NCBI GenBank assembly: GCA_964016885.1
Contig: CAXHJY010000103.1
Span: forward strand, 6,432-70,431
From: Eledone cirrhosa
Taxonomy: Eukaryota
Direction of reading: 5' to 3'
Length of the DNA: 64,000 bases
Shown: piece after piece, positions 62,540 through 64,000 of the stretch
Layout: the number at the start of each line of letters is the position of its first letter
Position numbering within the stretch: the stretch's first letter is position 1
Notes under the pieces: model-generated
Database searches by the model: none
What the model saw: only the letters and a program-made list of their open reading frames with translations
What the model was told of the DNA's origin: nothing
Made by a program: the position numbers and the translations under genes

Positions 62540-62843
62540 AAATCCTGGTGTATTTATTGACAGTGGATTTTAAAAACAAAAATATAATCTATATGAAAGT
62601 GAGGCTGGTAAAGGAAGAAGGAAAGGAAACAGGATATATATCCCTTTTCCCTTCTGTTATATATCTTTTTTCTCTCTCTCACTTATTTTAGATATTGACG
62701 CACTGGGGTGAGATATCTTGTCTTTAATGCGTAGAAATATCCATGATCCCCAGCAGACAACTGATAAAGGAAAATTTTCTCCCATTCGTGCTTTCCTCTT
62801 ATTTATAAGTACACCTTATCCAGCAACTACACAGCCTCTGTTT

Positions 62844-62891
<48 letters not shown>

Positions 62892-62959
62892 CCCCTGTTT
62901 CTTTATATATATATATATATAAGTATATTTCGTTTCTTATCATTTTATATAAATATATA

Positions 62960-63924
62960 TATAATATTATAAAGCTGAGTGTCGTGTGTATTATGTATGT
63001 ATGTATGTATCCTACACACCTCCCTATAGTTTCTTAGCTTTACTCTCTCTGTTGCTCTTCCCTCTCTCTATAATTTAACTGCTTTACTCTCTCTGTCGCT
63101 CTTCACTCTCAAATATTATAAAGCTGAGCGTCGTCTCTCTCTCTCTCCCTCTTTCACCCTCTCTATAATTTAACTGCTTTACTCTCTGTCTCTCTCTTCA
63201 CTCTCTATACAACAACACTCTTTTACTTTCCGTATCTACCTTCAATACATATGAGCGTCGTATGTATGTTTATTTCAAAAGGATAACCTCCTTCAAATTC
63301 GGTCAACACACAAGCAGGTAATACATACATCAAAAGGCAACCCTCTTAGAGAGATAGAGAGTGAAAGAGACAGATTAGGAAAACTACACACACACACACA
63401 TACACATCCAAAGAGAGAGAGAGACAGGGAAAGAGAAGCAGAGGGACGGGCAAGAAGGTAATACATACATCTAAAATCATTTGGATACAAATATCATAAT
63501 TGTTTTCTACTATTGGCACAAGGCCAGAAATTACCCAGTACATTACTGGTACTTTATTTTATCGACCCCGTAAGGATGAAAGGCATAATATAATGGTTGC
63601 AGAACGAAAATACAGACAAATATAATAATGTATGTATTCCACACACTTTTTCTGTCGTCGCTTGCATAAGTAACACACACACATATACACACTCACACAG
63701 ACAAATACACATACTTTCACCAATTGCCGGATAACATCAAAACAAAACACAGACACACACATGCACATCCACACATACACAAACACACATATCTATACTA
63801 TATATGTATGTATGTAAGATCATTCACCCTCTCTATAATTTAACTGCTTTACTCTCTCTGTCGCTCTTCACTCTCTATATGACAACACTATTTTAGTTTC
63901 TGTATCTCCCTTCAATATATACAC

Positions 63925-63958
<34 letters not shown>

Positions 63959-64000
63959 GGAAAACTACACACAAACATCTACAGAGGGAGACAGAAAAAC
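62960..64000. repeat. Microsatellite-rich complex tandem repeat
   Basis: ctctctataatttaactgctttactctc at about 63064, 63160, 63830; gattaggaaaactacacac at about 63373 and 63954. Confidence 0.75.

Overview
AT-rich, repeat-dense animal genomic DNA. The SINE/LINE complement and microsatellite load suggest a coleoid cephalopod (Octopus-like); this is inference. One host gene is present: a minus-strand GEMIN4-like gene reconstructed by hand as 14 phase-compatible GT-AG coding exons (60811 to 23557, 1112 codons, first exon not located). The rest is mostly mobile DNA: a Penelope-like element holding a nested stack of Tx1-type and R4/Dong-type LINE fragments, an RTE LINE with an intact ORF, CR1 and CRE-like relics, two non-autonomous Helitrons, piggyBac-like MITEs, a solo LTR, many tRNA-derived SINEs and minisatellites. 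Three signals stand out: (1) one SINE copy with about 17 strand-specific A-to-G changes in ADAR-preferred contexts, apparently a hyper-edited RNA written back into the genome; (2) about a dozen type I hammerhead-ribozyme motifs, including a microsatellite-embedded family on the GEMIN4 sense strand and a U3-A8 core variant; (3) a decayed intronic frame resembling a negative-strand RNA virus L-protein capping domain. All alignments and folds were done by eye, and repeat boundaries are approximate.
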